DNA of 64,000 nt from Octopus vulgaris (taxonomy: Eukaryota). The position numbers and the translations under genes were made by a program. Below, piece by piece: positions 40,471 to 53,131 of this stretch (position 1 is the stretch's first letter; every line of letters starts with the position of its first letter). A model generated the notes under the pieces. It did not search any database and was not told the origin of the DNA. It worked only from the letters and a program-made list of their open reading frames with translations. The stretch is taken from assembly GCA_951406725.2 (NCBI GenBank), contig OX597826.1:18538001-18602000 (forward strand). Direction: 5' to 3'.

Positions 40471-40525
<55 letters not shown>
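38138..40525. repeat. Two very long compound TA/TACA microsatellite blocks (38138-38965 and 39475-40525)
   Basis: Directly visible. Confidence 0.95.
38968..39318. repeat. Imperfect ~108-bp inverted repeats around a ~135-bp spacer
   Basis: 38968-39075 pairs with 39210-39318 (ggagaggatataaa/tttatatcctctcc; aaggatgaatgcac/gtgcattcatcctt). Confidence 0.85.
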
Positions 40526-40527
<2 letters not shown>

Positions 40528-40547
40528 AATATTAATTAGTCTTCTGT

Positions 40548-40807
40548 AATAATCCATAATAGTTATGTGTAAAATCCATTATATTTCAAACAAACACCAT
40601 TTTTCTGTATTACTTCACAATTTTTAAAAAGACTACCATTCGTTATATTATACAAATTCCACATTTGATATTACTGAAGGGAAGAAGAATTATCTATAAA
40701 TGCTTATCAATATAGGATTGCATTATTCTGTATTATTTAAGTCTATGAAATATATTTGGAATACAAGACCATATAATGGATTTTACACATAACCATTATG
40801 GATTATT
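40548..40807. repeat. 37-bp inverted repeats (one mismatch) around a ~185-bp spacer
   Basis: 40548-40584 versus 40771-40807. Confidence 0.88.
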
Positions 40808-41102
40808 GACATGTGAATATACAGCTGTATTGTATAATGCAGAGCATACATATCAATGTAAACTATATGCATAATTTCTACCACACTGAAATTAATGCTA
40901 CATAAAGAAGGATGCAAAACAGCAGTAATCCTAAGGATGGCATATAGTTAAATAAATATCTATTCACCTCTCATATTTCCTGGCTTTTATGGCTTATATA
41001 TACATATACATGTGTGTGTGTGTGTGTGTGTGTGTATATTGTTTTGGGATTTGGTTTGCAAGATTCTTTATGTGAGTTTGTGTGTTGAAGCATATACTGT
41101 TG

Positions 41103-41308
41103 TGTCTGGGGCGAGCCATTCTCTTTCAGTGCCTTTCATCGGTAATATTTCCACTTATTTCCTTCTTTTCATTGCGTCTTGCAACCTCTTCAATAGTTTT
41201 GAGTCAAGAGTATTGAAAAGGTTGCAAGACGCAATGAAAATTTTAGATTTTACCAGTGTGTGTGTGTTAAATTATAAGGCACTAAAAGAGAATGACTCTC
41301 CCCAGACA
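41103..41308. repeat. Two-tier fold-back hairpin
   Basis: Inner arms 41166-41195 / 41211-41240 (one mismatch); outer arms 41103-41135 / 41276-41308. Confidence 0.9.
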
Positions 41309-41389
41309 GAACAGTCATCATCATCATCATCGTTTAACGTCCATTCTCCATGCTAGCATGGGTTGGACGGTTCAACCGGGGATCTGGCA

Positions 41390-41953
41390 TGTTTCAAAAA
41401 ATTAAAATCTATATTAATAGGCAGGACTAATTTGACGAAAAAATTAGCAAAGTCTGGTAGCAAACCCATGTAGTCTTCATTTTTGTGCATGTGTGTAAAA
41501 TGGCGAAATTTTACGCTTTGGGGCAGATTTCATCAAATTGATATCATGACGGCTAGTGCGCAAAATACCTAAATTTTGCTTGAGAAATAAAATGCTCTTA
41601 CCTAATCAAAACCTAAAACGGTGTGGAATTAAAACTTTGAATTGAAATAAGTTTTTGCAAATCAAAACAATTCGCAATGAAATGAAGAATTAGCAAATGC
41701 TTGTTTACACCCATGAAACATTTTCGTCAAGTTGATGTCATGATGGCTAGTGCGAAAAATGCCAAAACTTTACAATTTATGAAAAATTGATGCTGATGAA
41801 AAATCAAATTTTTAAAAATTCCAAGAGTGTTAGTGACTGCATGGGCATAAGCCCCACACATGTGTCAAGTTTCATCAAGGTCTGTTGGATAGTGTCGGAG
41901 GAGTTAAAGTAACAACTTCACCAACACACAAACTTGCCATTTATTATTATAGA
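41390..41953 (-). mobile_element. Non-autonomous Helitron, 5' portion
   Basis: Minus strand starts A|TCTATAATAATAAATGGCAAGTTTGTGTG; carries the aagtttcatcaa motif as in 5766-7679 and an internal duplication (tcatgaYggctagtgcg); abuts an RTE 3' end at 41315-41388. Confidence 0.65.
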
Positions 41954-42275
41954 TATATAAGAGAACAATAAGAATATATGTGTATCTATGTTTGTGTGTA
42001 GGTATGTATATGTACGTACGTATATATATATGTACCTACACGCATACATATATACACATATATTCTTTATTGTTTCCTTTTACCAAGCCACTAAGTTACA
42101 GGGACATAAACAAACCAAGCAGTGGAGGACAGACACACATACACACACAAAAATGCACACATATATATACACATACACACACATGTATATATGAAGATTA
42201 TTATTATTATCATTATTATTATCATTATTACTATTACAACTACTACTATAGTAGTAGCAGCAGCAGCAGCAAAAG

Positions 42276-42480
42276 CAGCAACAGCACCGACTTCCTACGC
42301 GACCGCTGAACCTGGATGCACATTCATCAATCCGTTGATGCTCTCGGTGTCGGGGGTTTACCTGCTTTCTCTTCTGCGGGTCTTACGAATAGCAAGGGAC
42401 CACGTTTCGGACTTCTCCTACTAAGAGGCATGATCTTGTGAGCTTTGGGACGAAGACCACTTCGCTCAACAAACAAACAA
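42276..42480 (+). mobile_element. CpG-rich 3' module of a SINE or LINE ending in (ACAA)n
   Basis: GC-rich 205-bp block with retained CpGs and a caacaaacaaacaa tail, inserted in a trinucleotide tract. Confidence 0.55.
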
Positions 42481-42719
42481 GCAGTATTAGTAGTAGTGGC
42501 AGTATAATTTCTTAACTAGTCACAAGAGCCCAAAGAAGACAACAAAAGTACAAAATGTAAACATGGAGGTAGGGTGCCTACATATGCCCCTAAGCAAAAG
42601 GATATCAGGCAACAACAAAACTGCCCAATAAGCTGCTAAGGGCCAATCAAAGAAACCTCACAAAATCTGAATGGCTTTGGCCACCAAGGACAAGTGGCCT
42701 CTAACACCTGCCATTTCCC

Positions 42720-43400
42720 AACCTAAAGGCGCATTGCTCAGAGTGGGCCTTTTCATACATTCTATATCTGCAACTCTTACCCATTTATAAAGAATTTAGT
42801 GGGAGGTAGCAGCTCCCTATCCACCCTCATTTTCCTATTCAAGTGAAACTTGAAAAGTTGATGGGGGCTTGACCAAAGGGTAATGTGTTTGTCTGCAATC
42901 CTTTCTATCTCTTTCACCACAAATCCCCTTTTACTATAGCCATTTTCAGCCAAATAAAAACAGCAGGGTGATTTTCACTATGAACTTGACTAATGAACAG
43001 CTTGGTCTTACACACGATACAAATGCATGCAAAACAGTGTGTGGCTCTGTGCAAATCTCAAACAGACCTGATTGACTGCACTTGCATGCCTGTAGAGTTT
43101 GTCCTGAACTGACAAGGCATCCTTCCACCACTGTAGTCTAATTTGGCTAGAGATTTTTAAAAGTTTTTATATCCTGAGCCAAAAGTTCTCTAGAACAGAC
43201 AGCTAGTTGAATCTCAATGACACAGTTTCCCAGAGAACATTGATTTTCACCAGTCCTTTACATGAAAGCTGCACCAACCATATTGCTGGACTTGTAGAGA
43301 GGGTTGTGAGTGACAACACACCAGATGCCAGGTAACCACTCCTAGTCTTTGCCTGGCTCAGGACAACTACAGCTCCGTTAAGGAGACAAACTGTGAAAAT
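42720..43400 (-). pseudogene. Tx1/L1-clade LINE 3' region (zf-RVT-like)
   Basis: LF*RTFG..NF*KSLA..ALSVQDKLYRHASAVNQVCLRF..TVLHAFVSC resembles ALPVRDKLxRH..CPRC..ETVxHAxxxC. Confidence 0.65.
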
Positions 43401-43717
43401 ATGCAAGTGAACAGGAATCTCTCTTCTAAATTACTAGTGCTTAAAACAGAGTGGGTGGATTTTCCCATTTTGTTGCCAACATGTTGCAATTAAGGGTGGA
43501 ATACATAGAGTTTAGTCGTCTTGAATTAGTGTGGAAGCAGGGTCATTCACAACATAAACCTCCACAAATGATAAATCCTAAATATCTTCTCATACCCCTA
43601 CAAGAGACTTCATTGTTAAGTGAATTGATGGAAGACAACTAGAGGATCCCAACAGTAGAAAGAGTATACAGTTGATGAATGTATATCATATATATATATT
43701 ACATACATACATGCACG

Positions 43718-43758
<41 letters not shown>

Positions 43759-43879
43759 GATTTGTTTATACAAAATTCGTTTCCTGGCCCAGCAGCAAGC
43801 AAAATGTTATCAGTATGCATTTATAAGGAATGTCTGTGAGTAGTATTCTAGCACTCAAAAAAGCTAGAATACTGTTTTA

Positions 43880-44275
43880 CATTTTTACTAGTTTCAGTTA
43901 TTAGATTGCAGTAATACAGAGGCACTGCCTTCAAGTTGTATTTCATCAGTTGTATTAACCTCGGTGCTTTAATCTGGTACTCATTTTATAAATCTTTATT
44001 TATTTGCTAGCTATGTCCACCTAAATACCGAATGTATCTTTGTTCCACACTGCAATATATTGGTAATCCATCAATGACACACTCACACACTCTCTCTCTC
44101 TCTCTCTCTCGTACACACACAACAGAATTTTAGAGTGTCTGTCTACAAACTTATTTCACTCACAAAGTATTGGTCAATTTGAGACCATGGCAGAATGCAC
44201 TTTCTCACAGTGAATCGAAACTGGAACCAAGTGGTTAAGGTTAAAACTTCTAAACCACACAGCTATACCTGCACC
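43880..44275 (-). mobile_element. SINE family A, old degenerate copy
   Basis: ttttactagtttcagttattagattgcag..cttctaaaccacacagctatacctgc. Confidence 0.65.
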
Positions 44276-45199
44276 CAACATCCATAACAACCTGTTCAGA
44301 CTTGCACTACAGCAGTTATCACTCTAAGAAAACTTATGAAAGACATATCCATGTTAAACATACCACGCCACAAAATAAACAAATTTTCTGTGACTTTTAA
44401 AGTTTACTCTTTCATGAAAGATACAATAAGGGTTCACAGAATAGAGAGCACTGTCACAAGATCTTTGGTGGGTATATTATCTTGTTTATGTGGATATATT
44501 TTCATTGAACTTTTGGACACATATCTGAAATCTACACTCTAAGGCATATCAAATGAGATTGTTCTGAGTTTTCAAAAAGAACATTTACAATAAAAAATTA
44601 TTCTTGCATAGGTATAAAGCTTCAGAGTATATAATGCTACTAGGAAACTTTTACAATTAAACTATGTTGTAATGTTATGTAATATGTGAGGAAATAGTTG
44701 AAAGAAAACAGTTATTAAAACTACAGAACAATCTCTTTTGAAATAATACTTCATGTAGATGCGTGTATATAGAAAGTTATGAGATTCAGGCAGTCCCTTA
44801 CAATAAATAATTGCTATATTTTATAAAGATGATATCTCAGATTTATAAGCAGAATAAAATCAACAGTTATGATGATCATCTTTTATAAAGGCATTACTAA
44901 TGTTGGTGAAACAATAAATAAAATAATTAAAGTCAGCCAATAAATAATGCGTTTTGCATTCCTTTTCATGTGTCTGTTACCTTTAGCTGCCAGTGAAGAG
45001 GATTCACACATGAAATATCTAATTATAAATAGTTTTCTCCATAGACTTTAATTTGCGCTTTTTCTCCAACAAGTTCTCAATTGAAATTAATGTGCTACAG
45101 GCACAATTTTTCATTTACAGTCCCTGACTACATTTTAAAAGTCACTGATCCATAATTGCTACTAGAGGAAGATCTTAACTGCAGATGAACAACAGTTAT

Positions 45200-45231
<32 letters not shown>

Positions 45232-45725
45232 TTTTAATGTTTTTTTACAAGATAAATGACACAACTAAAATATTATTTGCTTCATCCTGAGCAGAAACAA
45301 TGATAATGTCTGTTCTGGGAATTGTTAGTGACTGAACTAGTTTATAACTTTCACTCACAGACCTATAACAGCTTGCCATGCAGTTTTATCTTCAGATGTT
45401 GGCTTCCGGTCAATAAAAAATGAAATCCAGGTGAACAGGCTATTATACACTGAGCAAACAACACTGAAGGAGATCTTTTGAGGTTATTTGGCTGAGATGG
45501 TCATTAGTGTTTATTATATCTGTTGTTTGTTTTATCTTCAGTAATGGGAGAGAGAAATTAGCTAAAGTATTATTTCAACTTTTATTATTTTAAGTGGTAG
45601 ATACTAAAATGGTTGCACGCTGAACTACACAGCTTCAACACTGAAGTTCAAATCCAACAAAATCTGACTGTAACTTTCATATATCATCTTAAAGTCAGTA
45701 AAATAAGTTTTGAGGTGTTTAACTA

Positions 45726-45954
45726 TTAACTCTTTAGCACTCAGATTGCTCTATTAAATGTAATACTTACATATTCACATTGTTTTATATTAATCATGCA
45801 TTATCTCATAGCTTTGAGATTTCAATGATGTGACTGTTTCATTTTTAGAATGGTATTGTAGGGTGGGTGTGAGAGGCCTGATCTGGCTGGTTTGACCATA
45901 AAGCAGGTAGAATATTTGAGCCAGATATGACCAGTTTGAATGCTAAAAGATTAA
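45726..45954. mobile_element. piggyBac-type MITE family 1, second copy
   Basis: TTAActctttagcactcagatt..gaatgctaaaagaTTAA; colinear with 29867-30093. Confidence 0.88.
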
Positions 45955-48843
45955 ATTTCTATACTGTAAATATATGCAACTTCCCCAAGTCCTCAGCTGC
46001 ACATAACCACAATTCAAATATTATTATTATTTGGAGTTGAAAACTGGAATTAGTACTTTTCTGCACAAGAAACAAAATTTAGTCTCATTTTAGAAAGAGC
46101 TTCAAGTTAAATGACTTCCTGTTTGCACCCTGTGAGTTTATACTTTGTGTTTTATCAGGGCGTTTTCAATGAAATTTTCTTGCTTTGATGTTCAAGCATC
46201 ATGAGTAAGTCACAGTAAGTCAGAATTCAGTGAAACTAATTTCCTAATGATCTATTATAATTTCAGCATTTCATTATAGACAAAAGGCTTATCATCTATA
46301 AACCTCAGCTAAGTCATGTTGGGATTTATTGAATCTAAGCAAGAATGGAGTTCTCTCGTGGTTGATAATGCATTGATGATTTTGTTAGTGAATGGTAACT
46401 GATATAATTTAAAGAGAGGATTTCTGTATACTGGTAGGTTTATGAAGAGAGAATAATAAGTCTAAATAACATGGATGTGTTGGGCCTTACGAAACCTTTG
46501 AATAGTAGCTGTGGAGCAACCTAGTTATAGAAATTAACTGGAGAATAAGTTCAGCTCAGAATCAAGAAACTGATGTCTTGTAAGTACAACTGAGGAGTTG
46601 ATTTTAGATAATGATATTTTTACTTTTTTTAAATTTTTTTTTTGACTGGATTAACAGCATTTTAATCAAAATCTCTAGTTTCTAACAGAACAGGAAGATT
46701 CATAGAAAGAAGGCATGGCAGGGCTTTAAAAGTTAATCAACAACAACCCTCTATAAAAATGTGCATCCTTGTTACGAATTGATTCTTCTATTTTTTAGCA
46801 ATTGTGAAGCTCTCATGCTAAGTATTATGGCAATAAACTTTATACAGTGAGGATATTTATTACAAAAGGATGCTTCCAAGAGAAGATGCATTTTAGACCA
46901 TAAGAGACATTATCCAATTACTATGATGAATAATGACATTCAAAGGAAGACATAATTAAAAAATATCTTCTGAAGCTTTAATTAATAGTTTCTGAAGTCA
47001 GTAGTATTGGAATATCAACAGATCTATTAAACACTATTAGACACTACATGTACATTATATAGCATAGTCTCAATGCAACAGAATGACACAGAAATTAAAT
47101 AAAATACTATATGTAGCCAGGAGACAGAGAGCTGTACTTGCTTGTGCTAAGACATAAAGAAAAAAGACTAACTTATAACGGAGCAAGAGAACAAGAAGCA
47201 TGGTCTTGTTTTTAACTAGCCAAAACCCCAGGGCCATTCTGTTCAGACTAAATTGTCATAAAATCTTAATAAATTTCAACTCAAATACATCATCAAAATT
47301 TAATTCTTACTGCCTATTTTGATGGTTTCATCATAGCCTTCATTCTGTCTGAATAATCTAAGCAATGACAAATTTACTATGATGTGTACTTCCTGTTCAC
47401 TCACTTTCATCTTAGTAAAACAACAGTAAATTTTCAAGTTAAGATTTTCCAAAAAGCCACTGGATTTCTGTTATAAACATCTAGAATTCCTTATATTTCA
47501 CTTACTTTGCATGAATTGTTGTTCATGTGTACGCCACAGTTGTTTAAAAATTAGGGAATATGACTGTATCAGAACATTTGTCCAATAATGTTGGTTGCTG
47601 AAATAAGTGATTTGGCTGCACTTTCTAGCAGATCAAACACCCTCATCAAGGCTCTATCGTGCACCATTGATAGCATATCAAAGTAATTTATAACATATCA
47701 AAGTGCAAATCCATTTGATTAATTTATCTCATGATGTAATCAATCTTTCAATTTATATATATATTACCAAGACAACATACATTTCCATTCAGAAATTTCC
47801 TTTTCGCAAACTTTCAAATAATATTTTTGTGTAATATTTTGAAACAAGCTTTCAACTTGTCATCCTAATGAGAAAATATTACTTTCAGGTAAATGAAGAG
47901 AATTACAATGTATTTTCAAAGAAATGGGAAATTATGTATCAAGTATAGAAAATTTATTGAGTAATCATCATGGCTTGCTCGAAATTCTAAAACATAAATG
48001 AAGTATTGTTTGCTATAAATAGAGAAAAAAATTATTTTAAAACACATGTATTATGAGGAGAGAGAGAGTAAAAGTTTAGATACCTTAAAAGAATTTCATT
48101 CAAAAAAAAGCATTGAAAAAATATCAACTAATAAGATATAAGAGTCTCTTCTCTTGATGGGCTGCAGTGAGCTTTATAGGGTGTGTAGCTGTTGGGGGAT
48201 GAAGTATTTTCTGATTCTAAAGAGAAATGCTAGTGTTTGAAATGCAGTTTGCCATGTTAAGGATGTTCTATCTCCAACAGTAATCCTCTAAAAAATCTTG
48301 TGTGGAAGGATGCAATATGATGGGGATCAAAAATGTGAAGAAATATAATTAAAAAAAAAATTTTTTTTTTTTGGTAAAGGGCCAAAAAGATGAAAAAACA
48401 ATTTTTTTTTGCAAAATGGTCATCTCAGTTGTTTGAAACACTAGAATACAAAAAAGAAATTAAGAAAAAAGTAAATAATTATGTCATAAGGGAAAACTAT
48501 GCCAAAATTCGCTCAGAAAAATCTTTTCAAATTTCAGGAAAGTGGTGGCATGAGGGATTAAGCAAGAAAGGCTGTACTCAATGACTTTTTACTGGTAAGA
48601 AAAGAGTGAGGAAGAAAGGCTTAAACCCAAGATCTAGCTCATCTGATTACAATAGGCTGAATTCTGCTGAACACCTCAATGGTGCTAGGTGGTGGTCTTA
48701 AATATGTGATTGTTTAAGTCCACTACCCAATTAAGCTAAAGTGGAGGAATTTGAACTCAAAACACAAAGAGAAGGATCAAACACCACAAAGCATCTGATC
48801 TGACATTCTTACAGTCCTGCTAATTCCTCAACTTGGATTGATA

Positions 48844-50105
48844 TTATCTTTTGGATTTCAAAAGAATGGAAGTCAAAGTTGACAGGTCACTAGTCATTGC
48901 CTCAGTGAGGCCTAATGTGCGAATATCGTGCTTCACCACCTCATCCCAGGTCTTACTGGGTTTACCTCTTCCACAGGTTCTCTCAACCGCTAGGGTGTGA
49001 CACATTTTCAAACAGCTATCCTCATCCATTCTCACCACATGACCACACCAGCACAGTCGTCTCTCTTGCATGCCACATCTGATGCTTCTTAGGTCCAACT
49101 TTTCTCTCAAGGTACTTACACTCTGTTGAGTATGCACACTGACATTACACATCCAGCAGAGCATACTGGCTTCATACCTTGCAAGCTTACGCATATCCTC
49201 AGCAGTCATGGCCCATGTTTCACTGCCATGTAGCATGGCTGTTCGTACACATGCGTCATACAGTCTAACTTTTACTCTGAGCGAGAGGCCCTTTGTCCCC
49301 AGCAGAGGTAGGAGCTCTCTGAACTTTGCCCAGGCTATTCTTTTTCTAGCAGCTACACTTTCAGAGCACCCACCCCCACTACTGACTTGGTCACCTAGGT
49401 AATGGAAGCCATCAAATACTTCTAGTTTTTCTTCCTGGAATGTGGCGGAAGTTGTTCTCTGTGCATTTTCAGAGTTTATTGCTCCTGAGCATCTGCCACA
49501 TAGAAAAACTATCTTCCCAGTTAGCCTTCCTTTGACATTGCTGCACCTCTTATGTGTCCATAACTTACACTGGAAACTAGCGTTTCTACCTATGTCTTTT
49601 CTACAGATCGAGTAGGGCCATCTACCTGAAGGGATTTGTGGTTTGCCTGCCTTCCTGCTTATTAGGACTTTGGTTTTAGCTAAGTTGACTCTAAGGCCCT
49701 TCGATTCTAATCCTTGCTTCCACACCTGAAACTTCTCCTCTAGTTCTAAGAGTGACTCAGCAATTAGAGCAAGGTCATCAACATAGAGGAGTTTCCAGGG
49801 GCGTCCTGTCTTGAATTGCTCTGTTATTGCCTGGGGAACTATGATAAATAGGAGGGGGCTGAGGACTGAACCTTGGTGGACCCCTACCTCTACCTGGAAT
49901 TCTTCATCATACTTGTTGCTAACCCTCACCTTACTGACAATGTCCCTGTGCATGGCTCGTGCAGCTCTCACTAACCATTCTTCTATCTCTAGTTCCCTCA
50001 TTGACCACCAGATAAGGGATCGGGGGACCCTGTCAAAGGCTTTCTCCAAGTCAACGAAATCTAGGTACAGAGGTTCATCTTTGGCTAGGTATTTGTCCTG
50101 CAGCT
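48844..50105 (-). pseudogene. RTE LINE reverse transcriptase fragment (401-aa open frame), truncated at both ends
   Basis: FVDLEKAFDRVPR, GVHQGSVLSPLLF, LLYVDDLAL, GLRVNLAKTK, FHYLGD, HGSETW, WCGHVVRM, GRGKPSKTW; homology ends at ~48882 where a SINE B fragment takes over. Confidence 0.95.
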
Positions 50106-50124
50106 AATAATAATAATAATAATC

Positions 50125-50541
50125 TGTTCTACTATAGGCACAAGTCCTGAAATTTTGGAGGAGGCTAATTGATTATATGAAACTCAGTGCTCAACTGGAA
50201 CTTATTTTATCAATCCCAAAAGGACAAAAGGCAAAGTCAACCTCAGTGGAATTTGAACTGAGAACATAAAACTGGAAGAAACGTAGCTCACCACCATGGT
50301 GGTGGTGGTGGTGGTGGTAATGATGATGATGATGACAATGATGATGGTTTCTGATTTATGTACAAGGCCAGCTATTTTTGAAGAGAAGGGATTAGTAATT
50401 ACCAGTGACCCCAATACTAGACTGGGACTGTTTTATCAACCCCAGAAGAATGAAAGGCATAATTGACCTCAGAATTTAAAGAGCCAGAAATGCAAAACAT
50501 TTTAGTCTGAAACCCTAATGATTCTAACAGATCACTGCCTT
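50125..50541 (-). mobile_element. Two SINE family B copies
   Basis: Copies at 50125-50285 and 50345-50541. Confidence 0.8.
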
Positions 50542-50769
50542 TATATCAAATAAATGGAATTATTATTATCACTAATAATTAACTTACTTGTGCTACAGCT
50601 GCTGCAGTCAATGCAAAAACCCTTCATAATGATAAGAACCACAATAAATTTGTACTGTTCTTCGCTAGGTTTTTTTCTCTTCCCATGAGGTAATCTTTTA
50701 GTTAAAATACAAAGGAAACTTAAAACCAGAATCAGAAATACTGGGGATATAGTTATTGCCCAGACTAAT

Positions 50770-51150
50770 AAATCGTAGTGGCCCTTCAACAGCTGAGTGT
50801 CTCATCTCTGTACATCATCCTGCAGCCTTCCACCTCAAAGCTATCCATCTTACGCACTCATATGGATATGTCCTCCGTCTCCCACTAGATCACTCTGCCA
50901 AAGCTTTATTCTTATTCAAGGCAGCAGGTGTGGGTTGGAAGAGGCCTCATGACAGGTCCTGCACCAGAGAAATGATTAGGGAAGATCTCCAAAAGCTCAA
51001 CGTCACCTTGGATGATGCAGAGGGGCTGGCATGAGACTGCCAGCGATGGAGTGCTGGTGAGCCTGGCAAACTCTCTGCATGATGATGTCTCTGGGACCAC
51101 TAACCTGGAATGACCCCAGCCCCATGAGGCAAGAGCATGAAGCAAGCAAA
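50770..51150 (+). pseudogene. RTE LINE C-terminal remnant
   Basis: YGYVLRLPLDHSAKAL..GWKRPHDRSCTR..IREDLQKLNVTLDDAEGLA*DCQRW. Confidence 0.75.
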
Positions 51151-51276
51151 CACTCATTATAAAAAGGTGAATAGCAACTGTTAGTCAACAAGTACGAAAT
51201 ATGTCTATGGTTGGATACTGGCTCATTGAAATTATGGATTACAATTTTCTCACATCAGAAGTTAGTATAATTATCA

Positions 51277-52640
51277 ATGCCATCAATAAGAATTAACCTT
51301 CTTATGTCAAGGGATAATTCTGCAGAGGTCTTTGATAAATTTATTATCTAGTTTGAAAAGATATATTAGGCTTATGAAGCTAGATAAGAATAATAAATTG
51401 GAATTATTTCTATTAAGTCTGTGTCTACAACAACCACTTATTACAACAATACAGAGTGGCCTGGAATTACAAGAGAGAAGGTTGAAAGTAACATTACATT
51501 GTATTCAAGAAGAAAATATTTACAAACAACAAAATATGCTCATGTATATTCATTGAAGCAAGAGACCAGACAATGATGTTTAGAAAAAAAAAATTCAAAA
51601 ATCAAAGGGAAATAACTCAAATAAAGCATATGCAAATTATGATGACCAAAAATTATCTACAACGGTTTTTTTTATATATATGTAAAAATCTTTGTCAGCT
51701 GAACAAGCAGGTTTGAGTAGACTATACTATGCTGATGAGGTCTAATAGACAGAAACATTATCATTCCTTTTCTTTGTGAGTCACTTGGTTTTTGTTTACT
51801 TTCTCCAACTAAGAAGGAAGTTTCAATCAAGAATTTTTTGCATATGGCATTCAGCACATCACTATTTTCACTTATTTATCAATGACTTTGCCAGTTATCT
51901 TTGACAAATATCAAAATATTGTATATTTTCTATATTATTTACAAAGGAAGTTGTAAGATAGACTTTTGGTCAAAAATGAAACAATGAAACTGATCAAAAG
52001 GCAGTTTGCCATATCTTTACCTTGTTTCATGCAAATGAAAAAACCTTAACATTGCAAGATACTGTTTTTACAGTCCAATAGGAAGAGTCCACTATCAATG
52101 TTGTGGTCAACTTTAGTCTAAATTATTATAATCTTATGTTACTACTGTGGAGAAATCAAGTTCAGTTTAGGTTAAAATTATTTTACTTTGGATCAAAAAA
52201 GAAACAAAATCTTCCTTATTTGTGCCATCAGGATGATGAATTACCCCTGATGACTCCCTTGACAAATGTAATGTGTTTGTCATGGAATATTCTAACATTA
52301 TTTTTATTTTTCTTTTTTGCAAGACACACATCTCGTTGGCTAGATACAGACAAGTTTTCTACACTTGCACACAAAGAACTAGAATAAATACAATAAAATG
52401 TTTTATCAAATGTGGTAACAACTCTGCCAATATGCTATCTTTGATTTGTTAATTTTCTTGACTCCCAGAATCCTTAAAAAATGTCCTGCTGCTGATAAAC
52501 AATGTTTTAATTGTGATACAACATTTTGTAAAAGGTATGTTGAAAACTAACCATATCAACAGTGTCGTTTCATCAACCGGCTGAGCAAAGATCGACAGTG
52601 ACCCAATATAATCTAGATGTCTTAGGAGACAACATCACCA
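51277..52640 (+). pseudogene. Decayed Ty3/Gypsy (Mag-like) Gag sequence interrupted by intron-like segments
   Basis: Ordered motifs FDKFII*FE..RLMKLDKNNKLELFLLSL; YSLKQE; VVR/DRLLV; HANEKTLTLQDTVFTVQ*EES; KCFIKCG; KKCPAADKQCFNCD..HFVK..C, compared with Gag WxxYxxRFE, FxxRxQ, IRDRLV, LTLxxA and CxxCG..CPAxxxxCxxCxxxxHFxxxC. Confidence 0.6.
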
Positions 52641-52745
52641 TAAAGATTTAATATTTCTTTTAAAGACAAATGTGAAACAGTTTAATAACTATCAAAGTTG
52701 CTTTTGAAGACCATCACTCATGAAAAATCAGAAACGTACAACCAG

Positions 52746-52920
52746 ATGAGGAATGAAATAAAAGAATATGAAATAACTTTGCTGACTCTGCTGAACTGGA
52801 GGATGAAAATATAAATCTTCAGAAACATTTGTCACAATTGTAACAGAACCAGGTAAACTATGAAGTTTCAAAGAAGAGAAAAGAACAGTTCAAGAGGAAG
52901 TTGATGATTTGAATAAAGTT
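52746..52920 (+). pseudogene. BicD: Bicaudal-D (dynein adaptor) N-terminal coiled-coil fragment, disabled
   Basis: MRNEIKEYEI/NFADSAELEDENINLQKHLSQL*QNQVNYEVSK/..VQEEVDDLN compared with the BICD-family segment [56 protein letters not shown]..LN as recalled; two frameshifts, one stop. Confidence 0.75.
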
Positions 52921-53058
52921 TGAAGAAACAAAAAAGAAATTTCCCAAAATTAAAGAAAAGAAAAAAGAGATAAGAAGAAGGTAGCCAACCTACTTAAATG
53001 ATTCTCATGGTTTGTCCTGAAGATAAACAATGACTACTTATTGAAATATTTTGTGCAG

Positions 53059-53131
53059 GTAATTACCAAGTTTTGTTTTACCCACAAATTACTAACTTTT
53101 TGACATTTTTTTCTAACTGTTCTTTCTTTAG
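53059..53131 (+). other. Canonical-looking 73-nt GT-AG intron followed by AATAAA
   Basis: CAG|GTAATT donor, TACTAAC at 53090-53096, second CTAAC, ttctttctttAG|G acceptor; AATAAA at ~53196. Confidence 0.5.

Noticed and set aside
44800-48300. Repeat-poor stretch as possible exons or enhancers (also 17200-17800 and 58300-60000)
   Set aside because: No convincing ORF with splice sites or recognisable motif cluster; conservation data would be needed.
48844-50049. Active LINE or intact CDS
   Set aside because: The endonuclease, RT N-terminus and 3' end are missing, YADD reads YVDD, and the ORF ends in SINE sequence.
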